Shown: in pieces, positions 7,974 to 15,601 of the stretch
Position numbering within the stretch: the first letter of the stretch is position 1
Layout of the letters: every line of letters starts with the position of its first letter
Assembly (NCBI RefSeq): GCF_028285745.1
Contig: NZ_JANQOP010000042.1
Span: forward strand, 1-20,210
Length of the DNA: 20,210 bases
DNA from: Acaryochloris sp. IP29b_bin.137
Lineage (GTDB): Bacteria > Cyanobacteriota > Cyanobacteriia > Thermosynechococcales > Thermosynechococcaceae
Reading direction: 5' to 3'
Translations under genes and position numbers: made by a program
Notes under the pieces: generated by a model
Seen by the model: the letters and a program-made list of their open reading frames with translations, nothing else
Told to the model about the DNA's origin: nothing
Databases searched by the model: none

Positions 7974-8428
7974 TAATATCGCCCCCCATAGTTCTGCTGC
8001 CGCTCACGCTGATATTGCAAGTCGTTTTGCATCAGTTCATAAATACGATCGCACAATTTCGATTGCGCCAGGGGATCTTGCAAAACTTGAGACGCGAGTT
8101 GCATAACCGCTTGACGCTCTGGAGGACTAACGGATAACTCTAAATAACGATATCCAGCAGGGGGTGGACCGATTCCCCACTGACCTCTCTGTCCTTGATC
8201 CCCTTGGTTCATCTGCCTAAATCCCCATAAGACATTCTGTCCATCCATAGCCAACCCATCAGCAATATTGGGGTCGGGGGACCGCTTATTACTGTATGGC
8301 TCTACCGGAGCTGTCGAAAGTAGACCAAAGTCTAACTTGTCAAGTTGCTCTTCTGTATGCCAGGAATGAACGCATACAAAATTGTAATTTTGGCTTTCCT
8401 GGAGCATAGGAAAACTCAAAGGGGTCAA
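7973..8428 (-). CDS. Hypothetical 151-aa protein, first gene of the tube operon; its C-terminal tail resembles the C-terminus of the giant protein
   Basis: The ORF-track start at 8428 is TTG. An ATG alternative lies at 8407..8405 (MLQESQNY...). Its stop TAG (7975..7973) overlaps the tube GTG by 1 nt, which suggests translational coupling. I recognise no domain. The C-terminus is LCDRIYELMQNDLQYQRERQQNYGGRY. Confidence 0.6.
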   Translation of the reverse strand: MTPLSFPMLQESQNYNFVCVHSWHTEEQLDKLDFGLLSTAPVEPYSNKRSPDPNIADGLAMDGQNVLWGFRQMNQGDQGQRGQWGIGPPPAGYRYLELSVSPPERQAVMQLASQVLQDPLAQSKLCDRIYELMQNDLQYQRERQQNYGGRY

Positions 8429-8938
8429 TCAGTCCTTTTCGCCATCGGCTACCCATGGGTAAATTTTCAGAAATCAAGGTGATTTTGAGGATAAATACCG
8501 CGTATTTAGCAGTTGCCCCCCGAAAAATGGCTTAGCTTAATAATTTTTTACAGAATTAAATTTCGATTACTGAATAATTCTTTAATGAAATCTGAATCCT
8601 TAAATTTTTTCCTTGTAATCCCTTGAAGCTCTTTTTCCGCAAGCATTCTGAGGCGATCGTTTTTTGCTCACCTATGAGACTTAGCCCCATTTAATATTGC
8701 TCGCCGAACCACAATTTTTAAAAAAAACCTGAAATCCAGAGGTTATCAAGGTTTGGTCGATCTATTTTTAGCAAATAGCAATTAAAATATTCCATTAAAA
8801 TATCGTGGCTGCGACATTTCAGCCTGTTAGGTTGTAAAAAGGCTCTAGAAAAATTGCGTAATTTTATAGGGTTTAGTCAAAATCAGCAGACTCGAGTATT
8901 TTTTGCTTACGCTTAATTAAACAAATAGGAGTCAATCA
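8429..8938. promoter_or_regulatory. 510-bp AT-rich divergent intergenic region, presumed to hold promoters for the minus-strand tube operon and plus-strand hup
   Basis: It lies between divergently oriented start codons. It has long A/T tracts (for example aatttttaaaaaaaa near 8714..8731) and a tandem 10-bp direct repeat at 8781..8803. I could not assign -35/-10 pairs confidently. Confidence 0.4.
8927..8931 (+). promoter_or_regulatory. Shine-Dalgarno sequence (AGGAG) for hup
   Basis: AGGAG lies 7 nt upstream of the ATG at 8939. Confidence 0.6.
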
Positions 8939-9220
8939 ATGAATAAAGGAGAACTCGTTGACGCTGTAGCTGATAAGGCAAGTGTCACGAAAAAGCAGGC
9001 GGATGCAGTTCTTTCTGCTGCCTTAGAGGCCATTGTTGAAACCGTCTCTTCTGGGGAAAAAGTCACCTTGGTGGGATTTGGCTCATTTGAACCTCGCGAA
9101 CGTAAAGCCCGTGAGGGTCGCAATCCCAAAACCGGTGCAAAAATGAAGATTCCCGCAACTAAGGTTCCAGCTTTCTCTGCAGGTAAGCTATTCAAGGAAA
9201 AAGTTGCCCCTAAAAAGTAA
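8939..9220 (+). CDS. hup: HU family nucleoid-associated DNA-binding protein
   Basis: 93 aa. MNKGELVDAVA..., GFGSFEPRERKAREGRNPKTG..IPA.KVPAFSAGK is the canonical HU/IHF fold signature. A good RBS is present. Confidence 0.95.
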   Translation: MNKGELVDAVADKASVTKKQADAVLSAALEAIVETVSSGEKVTLVGFGSFEPRERKAREGRNPKTGAKMKIPATKVPAFSAGKLFKEKVAPKK

Positions 9221-9258
9221 TTCTCTTAACCATCTGAATTCTGTATGAGGCGTAACAT

Positions 9259-10362
9259 TTGAATCGCCCTATACATGGGGGCAACCTGGCATGGGCTGCA
9301 GACTTAGCAGGTTGCTCTCCTCACTCCATTCTTGATTTCTCGGCCAGTATTAACCCGCTGGGGCCACCGCAAACTGCGATCTCAGCCGTCCAAGCCCACC
9401 TTGATACCCTAACCACCTATCCTGATCCAAGCTGTAAGGCTATCTGTCAGACATTAAGCCGCATTCATCAACTGCCGATGAATTGGTTTCTGCCTGGCAA
9501 TGGATCTGCAGAGTTACTAACCTGGGCCTGTCGCGACCTTGCCCAGTTGCCTGCAACGGCGATGGTCACGCCAGCGTTTGCCGATTATCGAAGAGCGTTA
9601 AACGCATTTCAAGCTCAAATTCGTTCGTTTTCGCTGGACTTTAAAGCAGGCCAGAACGATTCCCTACCCGGTTTGATGGATCAAGTCTTGACTTCGATTG
9701 GTCAGTCTACTGAAATCTCTGAGTCAGGCCTATTGCTGAATAATCCTCACAATCCAACCGGACAGATCCTATCCCTCAATCAAACAGAGCGCCTACTTAA
9801 CCAATTTGCATGGGTTGTGGTGGATGAAGCCTTTATGGATTTTGTCCCATCTCAGGATCAGTTCAGCCTGATTCCTAAAATACAAGATTTTCCAAATCTC
9901 ATCATCTTGCGCTCTTTGACCAAGTTTTATAGTCTCCCAGGTTTACGCTTGGGCTATGCCGTGGGTCATCCCGACCATCTGCAGCGATGGCAGCAGTGGC
10001 GTGATCCCTGGTCGGTGAATTCTCTGGCTATGGCGGCTGGCGTGGCTGTTTTAGAAGATCATGCTTTTCAAACACAAACGATGCATTGGTTACCCCATGC
10101 CCGCTCTCAGCTTATGACAGGGTTAATAGAGCGGGGATTTCGCCCCTATCAAAGTGCTGCAAATTTTTTATTGGTTGCCACAGATGTTTCAGTGCCGTCC
10201 CTACAAGAAGTCCTGTTAAAACATCATCAGATTCTGATTCGGGATTGCCTGAGTTTCCCGGAGTTGGGAGAGCACTTCTTTCGCGTTGCGGTGCGAACGC
10301 CTGAGGAAAATCAGCGGTTGCTCAATGCTTTGGCGCACTGCATGCCAAGCATATCTGTATAA
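9259..10362 (+). CDS. cobD: Threonine-phosphate decarboxylase (CobD-type class I/II PLP aminotransferase fold; cobalamin biosynthesis)
   Basis: The N-terminal HGGN...ILDFSASINPLGPP, NPHNPTG, and SLTKFYSLPGLRLGY (PLP lysine) are typical of CobD or histidinol-phosphate-aminotransferase-like enzymes. The ORF-track start is TTG, and the upstream ATG at 9245 hits a stop. Confidence 0.75.
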   Translation: MNRPIHGGNLAWAADLAGCSPHSILDFSASINPLGPPQTAISAVQAHLDTLTTYPDPSCKAICQTLSRIHQLPMNWFLPGNGSAELLTWACRDLAQLPATAMVTPAFADYRRALNAFQAQIRSFSLDFKAGQNDSLPGLMDQVLTSIGQSTEISESGLLLNNPHNPTGQILSLNQTERLLNQFAWVVVDEAFMDFVPSQDQFSLIPKIQDFPNLIILRSLTKFYSLPGLRLGYAVGHPDHLQRWQQWRDPWSVNSLAMAAGVAVLEDHAFQTQTMHWLPHARSQLMTGLIERGFRPYQSAANFLLVATDVSVPSLQEVLLKHHQILIRDCLSFPELGEHFFRVAVRTPEENQRLLNALAHCMPSISV

Positions 10363-10394
10363 CATTGATAGAACGGGATCATCTGGAATAAGGT

Positions 10395-11702
10395 ATGGCG
10401 GTTGATTACGATTTAGTGGTGGTGGGAAATAATACCGCGGCCCGTTTTGCTGCGATCGCAGCAAAAGAACGTTCAGCGCGGGTTGCCTTTATTTCCGTCG
10501 CGCCGGAAGTGATTCCCCATCATTTATTTTTGAATCAATGGAGCCAGACCCGACCTCATCAATGTTCCCTAAAAGCATGGGCTGAGGCCAGGACAATGAC
10601 CTGGCAAGCGCCGCATTCTCCTGCTCAGTTGGCTAACTTGGGCATTGAGCAAATTAATGGAGCAGTCCAGTTTCGAAAGGAACCTCAGCTTCAGGTACAT
10701 GTTCAAGATCGGGTGTTGCGATCGCGCCGCTATCTGCTTTGCCTTGATGCCGATCAATGTCCTCCCACTATTCCAGGTGTGCAGACAGAGGATTGGATTT
10801 TCCCCGCCAATATTATTGAATATTTAGACAATCTAGCCCCTTCTCTGTCACACCCTATTCTGGTTGTGGGAGGGGGGCCAATCTCGACCATTCTCTGCCA
10901 AGCCATTGCCCGTCTCGGATATCCAGTTACTTTGCTCTGCGAACATCCCCATATTCTGCCTTGGGAAGATCCAGAGGCTGCCGCTCGGATCCAAGCCCAT
11001 TTGGAGGCAGATGGCGTTCAGATCTTTTCCCGTTGTCAAATTAAAGAAGTAATTCCGAAATCCCAGTCCTTCTATCAAGTCGTGACGAATTATGGTGAAC
11101 TGACCGTAGATAGGTTAGTTTGGGCAGCAGAACCTTTATCATCAGCGATTCATCCCAGCCGGATGGATGTTGAACTTCAGCACCGTTCCCAAGGACTATG
11201 GGTCAACCCTCAACTCCAGACGTCTTCTTCTCAAATTTATGCCTGTGGTTCAGTCTTAGGGGGGTATACCCTTGCTGATATTACTCACCACGAAGCCTTA
11301 GTGGCGGTTAGAAATGTCTTGTCAAAACGGCAGACGACGGTGGATTATCGACTCGTGCCCTGGTCAATTCAAACCGCTCCAGCGCTAGCAAGGGTCGGGT
11401 TGACAGAACAACAAGCCCAACAACAGCAGCTATCCTTTCGAGTAGTATATCCTTCCCTTCTCAATACGCCCACAGGTCGGCTCCAAAATCTGACGGCAGG
11501 CTGGAGTAAGTTGATTGTCCAAGCGGATGGACAGATTCTAGGCGCCCATGTGATTGGTCCGACTGCTGCAGAAATTATTTATGGGGTTACGATCGCGATC
11601 CAACAGCGTTGCCCAATCTCCAAATTAGCGGATGGGGCCGCTTTTAGCTCAAGTTACAGCAGCATAATCGGTCAAGTCGCTTGTCAGTGGTCCAATCGGT
11701 AG
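10395..11702 (+). CDS. Pyridine nucleotide-disulfide oxidoreductase family protein (dihydrolipoamide dehydrogenase/mercuric reductase-like fold), apparently degenerate
   Basis: The two-dinucleotide-fold layout is present: DLVVVGNNTAA at the N-terminus, ILVVGGGPIS in the middle, IYACGSV, and the C-terminal dimerisation-type region VPWSIQTAPALARVGLTE. The canonical CxxxxC near aa 40-50 is not visible, and neither is the C-terminal HP...E dyad. Confidence 0.7.
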   Translation: MAVDYDLVVVGNNTAARFAAIAAKERSARVAFISVAPEVIPHHLFLNQWSQTRPHQCSLKAWAEARTMTWQAPHSPAQLANLGIEQINGAVQFRKEPQLQVHVQDRVLRSRRYLLCLDADQCPPTIPGVQTEDWIFPANIIEYLDNLAPSLSHPILVVGGGPISTILCQAIARLGYPVTLLCEHPHILPWEDPEAAARIQAHLEADGVQIFSRCQIKEVIPKSQSFYQVVTNYGELTVDRLVWAAEPLSSAIHPSRMDVELQHRSQGLWVNPQLQTSSSQIYACGSVLGGYTLADITHHEALVAVRNVLSKRQTTVDYRLVPWSIQTAPALARVGLTEQQAQQQQLSFRVVYPSLLNTPTGRLQNLTAGWSKLIVQADGQILGAHVIGPTAAEIIYGVTIAIQQRCPISKLADGAAFSSSYSSIIGQVACQWSNR

Positions 11703-11716
11703 CCTAACCTTATGGT

Positions 11717-12724
11717 TTAAACCGACTGAGGGGCTTGTCCCATCGTTTCGCGACCGTGGGGAGCCGATAAACGGGTAATATCTGGTCCAGCGGGGATAAT
11801 TCCGCCAGGATTCAAGGGGAATAGGGTGCCATAATAGCTTTGCTTAACGGCGTCTAGATTACAGGTATCTGCCACGCCGGGAAGTTGATACAAATCATGC
11901 AGATAAGCTCCTAAATGGGGGTAGTCTTGAATTCGTCTGCGATTGCACTTAAACAAGCCGTAGTAGGCTACATCAAAACGGAACAGGGTGGGAAACAGGC
12001 GAACATCGGCTAGGGTAAGGGAATCGCCGCAAAGGTAGCGGTGATTGGCCAAGACTTGATCCAGCTCATCCAACACTTGGAAGAGTTCGTTCACCGCTTG
12101 ATCATAGGCGGCTTGGGTTTGAGCAAAGCCACAACGATAGACTCCATTATTGACCGCATGATAGATTTTCTCGTTCCACTGGTCGATCTGGCGACGTAAC
12201 GATTCTGGATAAAGGTCTAGTTCTGGCTGCTGGGCCACAGCATTAAAGGCTGAATTGAGAATCAGAATAATTTCCGAGCTTTCGTTATTGACAATCCTTT
12301 GGGTCTGAGTATCCCAAAGGACTGGAACGGTGCAGCGCCCCTCATAACTGGGTTGGGCAAGGTGATAGAGATCCCTGAGACTGTTGCACCCCTGATGTTG
12401 GGAGACAAAGACCCACCCTCCGTCGGTTGCTGACGGCTGAACGACCACAACATCAATAACGTCTTGGAGACCCTTCAAGGCCCGAACCACTAGGGTTCGA
12501 TGGGCCCAGGGACAACCTAATCCCACGTATAGCCTATATCGCCGATTCTCAGCAGGAAAAGCAGACTCGGGACCTGCAATGGTTTGTCGAAATTGGCTAT
12601 CAGGACGAACATAGGCTCCTTCCTTGCTGCGAGGGGCCATATTCGACATCATTAGATTCCACAGGGTGGTCCAAGCAAATTTTCCCAGTCCAATAATGGC
12701 TTTCGGTGGCAGAGATTTACCCAT
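11717..12724 (-). CDS. Xi-class glutathione S-transferase / glutathionyl-hydroquinone reductase (YqjG/ECM4-like)
   Basis: Supported by the CPWAHR active-site motif (LYVGLGCPWAHRTLV), VRPDSQFRQTI, TVPVLWD, and a C-terminal GST helical domain. Length is 335 aa. Confidence 0.85.
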   Translation of the reverse strand: MGKSLPPKAIIGLGKFAWTTLWNLMMSNMAPRSKEGAYVRPDSQFRQTIAGPESAFPAENRRYRLYVGLGCPWAHRTLVVRALKGLQDVIDVVVVQPSATDGGWVFVSQHQGCNSLRDLYHLAQPSYEGRCTVPVLWDTQTQRIVNNESSEIILILNSAFNAVAQQPELDLYPESLRRQIDQWNEKIYHAVNNGVYRCGFAQTQAAYDQAVNELFQVLDELDQVLANHRYLCGDSLTLADVRLFPTLFRFDVAYYGLFKCNRRRIQDYPHLGAYLHDLYQLPGVADTCNLDAVKQSYYGTLFPLNPGGIIPAGPDITRLSAPHGRETMGQAPQSV

Positions 12725-13063
12725 GGCGATCTCCTTCAGTCACTCAAGGATTACCTTTAGCTTTGATATTAACCGAGGGTATCAATAGCCCTAAGACCTT
12801 CCCCTATCGTCAATACCCCATTGATGACTAGCCTAAAGGTTTCAGCTAGCGGATTGAAGACCAAGGACAAAATAGTAGCTCCCGGAGAACCATTGCATTA
12901 TTGTCCTTTCCAAGACGCAATAAAGGTGAAATGATCTTTAGCTTCGCTTGGTTGGCTAAATTTGTCTACTAGAGTAAGAAGTGCAGTTTGCTTCATCTAT
13001 CGTCTTCAGGATTTCGCTGTTTGAAGCTTTGATGGTTATCCCCTCTCAACCCCGGATAAGAAC

Positions 13064-13441
13064 ATGCGTGGACTTGTTTTAACCCTACTTGCAACAGCTC
13101 TCAGCCTATTAGTGGTCGATTTCGTGTTTGCAGGCGTTGAGATTGCCAACTTTCCTGTTGCGATCGCAGCAGCCATATCGATTGGTATTGTCAATGCCAT
13201 AGTTAAACCGATCCTCACCATTCTCTCGTTTCCCCTAACCTTGTTAACCCTGGGAGGATTCTTATTAGTCCTGAATGGGATCTGTTTTTCTCTGGCATCC
13301 GTATTTGTGCAAGGCTTTCAAGTGCATGGTTTACTAGCATTCTTGTTGGGGCCAATTTTGCTCTCGTTGACCAACGCATTCTTGAATCGGTACTTGATCA
13401 CAGATACGCCTTCTCAAGGGACGGATGGGGAGCGCTCCTAA
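13064..13441 (+). CDS. Small four-TM membrane protein, phage holin family IV / DUF360 (YvlD-like)
   Basis: 125 aa, highly hydrophobic. The NAIVKPILTILSFPLTLLTLGGFLLVLNG pattern matches my memory of PF04020 proteins. Confidence 0.6.
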   Translation: MRGLVLTLLATALSLLVVDFVFAGVEIANFPVAIAAAISIGIVNAIVKPILTILSFPLTLLTLGGFLLVLNGICFSLASVFVQGFQVHGLLAFLLGPILLSLTNAFLNRYLITDTPSQGTDGERS

Positions 13442-13482
13442 TAACGAGGTCTTGCTTGGAACCCTGACTCTGCTGGCCCCTA

Positions 13483-13773
13483 TTAGCCTGCGATTAAATC
13501 TCGTGTCAGTACTTCAAGGGGAGGATGGATGGCCACCTTCACTTTCAACGGACAGCATAATTCTTTCCGAGATTGAGCCAGTTCTCGAATCAACAGCAGC
13601 CGGGATTGAAGATATGCTTTGGTATTGGCTTCCTCGCTAGTAGGCAGCAAGTTGCGCTCTTTAAGATTAGTGAGCAAGACTTGAACCAGTTGTTTGTCAT
13701 TGAGTTGTGTGAGGACATCGGTCTGAGTCGTTTCAATCACTTCCCAAACTTGTCGGAGACGATTGGAATTCAT
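13483..13773 (-). CDS. Hypothetical small protein (96 aa from ATG 13773; the longest ORF extends to 13911)
   Basis: MNSNRLRQVWEVIETTQTDVLTQLNDKQLVQVLL... looks protein-like. The 46 codons upstream (13774..13911) are AT-rich and look like promoter DNA. No family recognised. Confidence 0.4.
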   Translation of the reverse strand: MNSNRLRQVWEVIETTQTDVLTQLNDKQLVQVLLTNLKERNLLPTSEEANTKAYLQSRLLLIRELAQSRKELCCPLKVKVAIHPPLEVLTRDLIAG

Positions 13774-14023
13774 TACAGTCACCCTAGGTGAGGGTTTTTC
13801 TTGTCGAAAACTGAGTTTAGAACACGTTTTAATATTTTCTTTATATTTGCTTCCTTCCAATTCTACGCTTATCGTTGAGCAACCCACTGTCAGATCAACC
13901 ACAAAACACATAAATTAACTTGAGCAACATATAAGTTAACTCCTGGGTGCAAAGGATTGCACAAATTGAGGAGTGACGCCTCCGCAAGTGAGAGGGGAGA
14001 TGGGCAGACGGCCATTTGGAGGG

Positions 14024-14521
14024 TTAGATACTTAGAATTCGCCCCAGCCAAGTATCGGCTTTTTGCTGAAGCTGATGCTTGCGTTCCCATCGGCGGAACG
14101 CCTGTTCGTAGGCTTCATCGCCAGTGTGGAAGACATTCCAGGCATTAAGTCCCAGTCGGAGTCCCCACAACAGGGCAATATAGAGGGACCAGGGGAACGA
14201 AAATCCCATTAAGGCATTGACTAAGATGAGACTGGAATTTGCGATCGCATATCGTCCGGCTTTCTTGCGTAAATTGGCCCGACGGTACTGATCGAAGCTT
14301 TGCCGCCTAGCCAGCTCGCTTTGCTGAGTTTTGACGTTCTGAATGGCTTGGTCTAGCGTGGGCTGGGGGATGCCAAGTTCTTCAGCAATTTCGAGAAGTT
14401 GGGCATGGGAAAACTCGCCATCGTAGTCTTGTTGCGCGATCGCAAGGTTTAATATTTGCTGAACTTGCTCTTGGCTGTAGGTCAATGTGGCTTTTGAGGG
14501 GTTAATGGCCATTCCATACAA
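14024..14521 (-). CDS. 2TM domain-containing membrane protein (cyanobacterial type, with an N-terminal helical soluble region)
   Basis: The N-terminus (YSQEQVQQILNLAIAQQ...LLEIAEELGIP) is followed by a two-helix hydrophobic hairpin (YAIANSSLILVNALMGFSFPWSLYIALLWGLRLGLNAW). The start could be M1 (14521) or M4 (14512). Confidence 0.65.
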   Translation of the reverse strand: MYGMAINPSKATLTYSQEQVQQILNLAIAQQDYDGEFSHAQLLEIAEELGIPQPTLDQAIQNVKTQQSELARRQSFDQYRRANLRKKAGRYAIANSSLILVNALMGFSFPWSLYIALLWGLRLGLNAWNVFHTGDEAYEQAFRRWERKHQLQQKADTWLGRILSI

Positions 14522-14744
14522 TCTCTTGCCTCATTCTAATTATTGCAAATGGGAAAGGATCAACTTCAAGATCTGAGTCGAACGAACCCTAAACCTGTCC
14601 TCAAACCCATCAATCCCAAAAGCGGTGGCTTGAGGGGAGAATCGGCTGGGCGAAAGCTTTGCTGACGTTGGGTATGGAGACAGGCCAACGGGTACGGTAA
14701 TTTCTACAGTTGGGCCCAAGGGACAAGCGGAGGTTAAGCCGCAA

Positions 14745-15356
14745 CTACCAAATTTGCCTCATTTTCAATCGGAATCCAGGGAGTTCTGGCTCACAATTCA
14801 CAAATTCTGGGTTGTTTAAGATCTCAGGCGGCTTGTGGGGGCGGTAAACACGGACTTGGCAGCTTTTTCGATCAATGAGTAACCCTAATCGCACACCATT
14901 TGCCATATACTCCTCCATCTTCTCCTGCAGTCTGATCAGCGAATCACTGCTAGACCGTAGCTCTACCACAAAATCCGGTGAGATAGGGGCAAATGAAGCC
15001 TGCTCTTCTGGGGATAGCGCTTGCCAACGCTCAGATTGGATCCAAGCTGCATCTGGAGAAAGGGTCGCGCCATTCGGTAAAGTAAAGCCAGCGCTAGAAT
15101 CAAACACTTCTCCAGTATTGTTTTTATCTGCCCAGTTACCAATTTGTTGAGCGATTTTGAAATTCCGATTTCCTGTATCGGCAAAAGCAGGTGGCATAAC
15201 GGTGACTTCCCCACTAGCGCTGCGTTCGATGCGGAGTTCTGGGTTGGTACGGCAAAATTCGCAGAACTGCCGGTAACTCATTTGTTGAGTTGAGATCAGC
15301 GCCGAGAGATCAATCGGCAATGAAATTTTTTCGGATTTGACAATAAGGCTAGTCAT
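14745..15356 (-). CDS. Uma2 family endonuclease (DUF820, putative restriction-endonuclease-like fold)
   Basis: 203 aa. Motifs typical of the cyanobacterial Uma2 family are present: ELRIERSASGEVTVMPP, GNRN, LSPDAAW, PDFVVELRS.SD, GVRLGLLID. Confidence 0.85.
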   Translation of the reverse strand: MTSLIVKSEKISLPIDLSALISTQQMSYRQFCEFCRTNPELRIERSASGEVTVMPPAFADTGNRNFKIAQQIGNWADKNNTGEVFDSSAGFTLPNGATLSPDAAWIQSERWQALSPEEQASFAPISPDFVVELRSSSDSLIRLQEKMEEYMANGVRLGLLIDRKSCQVRVYRPHKPPEILNNPEFVNCEPELPGFRLKMRQIW

Positions 15357-15601
15357 TTGGCCGGCACTTAATTGGGGAAGTAGTCTTTCTGCTTCTTCAT
15401 TGTATCGAAGGCTAGATTACGGTGAGTTGAGCTGTTTTCTTAGATTGTGGAAGGATTGGGCACAGCTGATATACAAGATAATCATCTTGCTACATATCTC
15501 TTTGCTAAACTTATAGAATTTTCAACCCTATTTCGGGCCCCTCCATCTCCATCGCCTTTCACGCCTTTGTTCAACTGTTGTTTGAGGCCTATACGGTAGC
15601 C

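Noticed and set aside
8896-8910. NtcA-like site GTA-N-TAC upstream of hup.
   Set aside because: The spacer is 9 nt (GTAttttttgctTAC), not the canonical 8, so it is not a credible NtcA box.
1-8938. Intact prophage as the explanation for the tail-like genes.
   Set aside because: There is no integrase, tRNA, att repeat, capsid, terminase or lysis gene at the visible boundary, and HIP1 sites lie within the genes. A defective prophage tail module cannot be fully excluded without the sequence left of the window.
8932-9195. 87-aa minus-strand ORF.
   Set aside because: It lies entirely antisense to the clearly recognisable HU gene, so it is a shadow ORF.
12824-12928. 34-aa plus-strand ORF (MTSLKVSASGLKTKDKIVAPGEPLHYCPFQDAIKVK) in the 339-bp gap between the GST and holin-like genes.
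   Set aside because: It is too short, has no RBS and has no recognisable features. It is most likely non-coding promoter DNA.
13064-13441. Holin-like gene as a lysis or release cassette for the CIS particles.
   Set aside because: It is separated from the CIS operon by about 4.6 kb of unrelated housekeeping genes. No endolysin or spanin is adjacent. The DUF360/holin-IV family is widespread as a stand-alone membrane protein.
13774-13911. N-terminal 46 codons of the longest version of the 13483..13911 ORF.
   Set aside because: The sequence is AT-rich and promoter-like with an odd peptide (MCFVVDLTVGCSTISVELEG...). The internal ATG at 13773 gives a more plausible 96-aa product. The longer form cannot be excluded.
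15357-15601. Glycine riboswitch upstream of gcvP.
   Set aside because: I looked for the conserved GGAGAG...ACCGAAGGGGCAA-type cores and found none. The leader contains no ACCGAAGG-like element.
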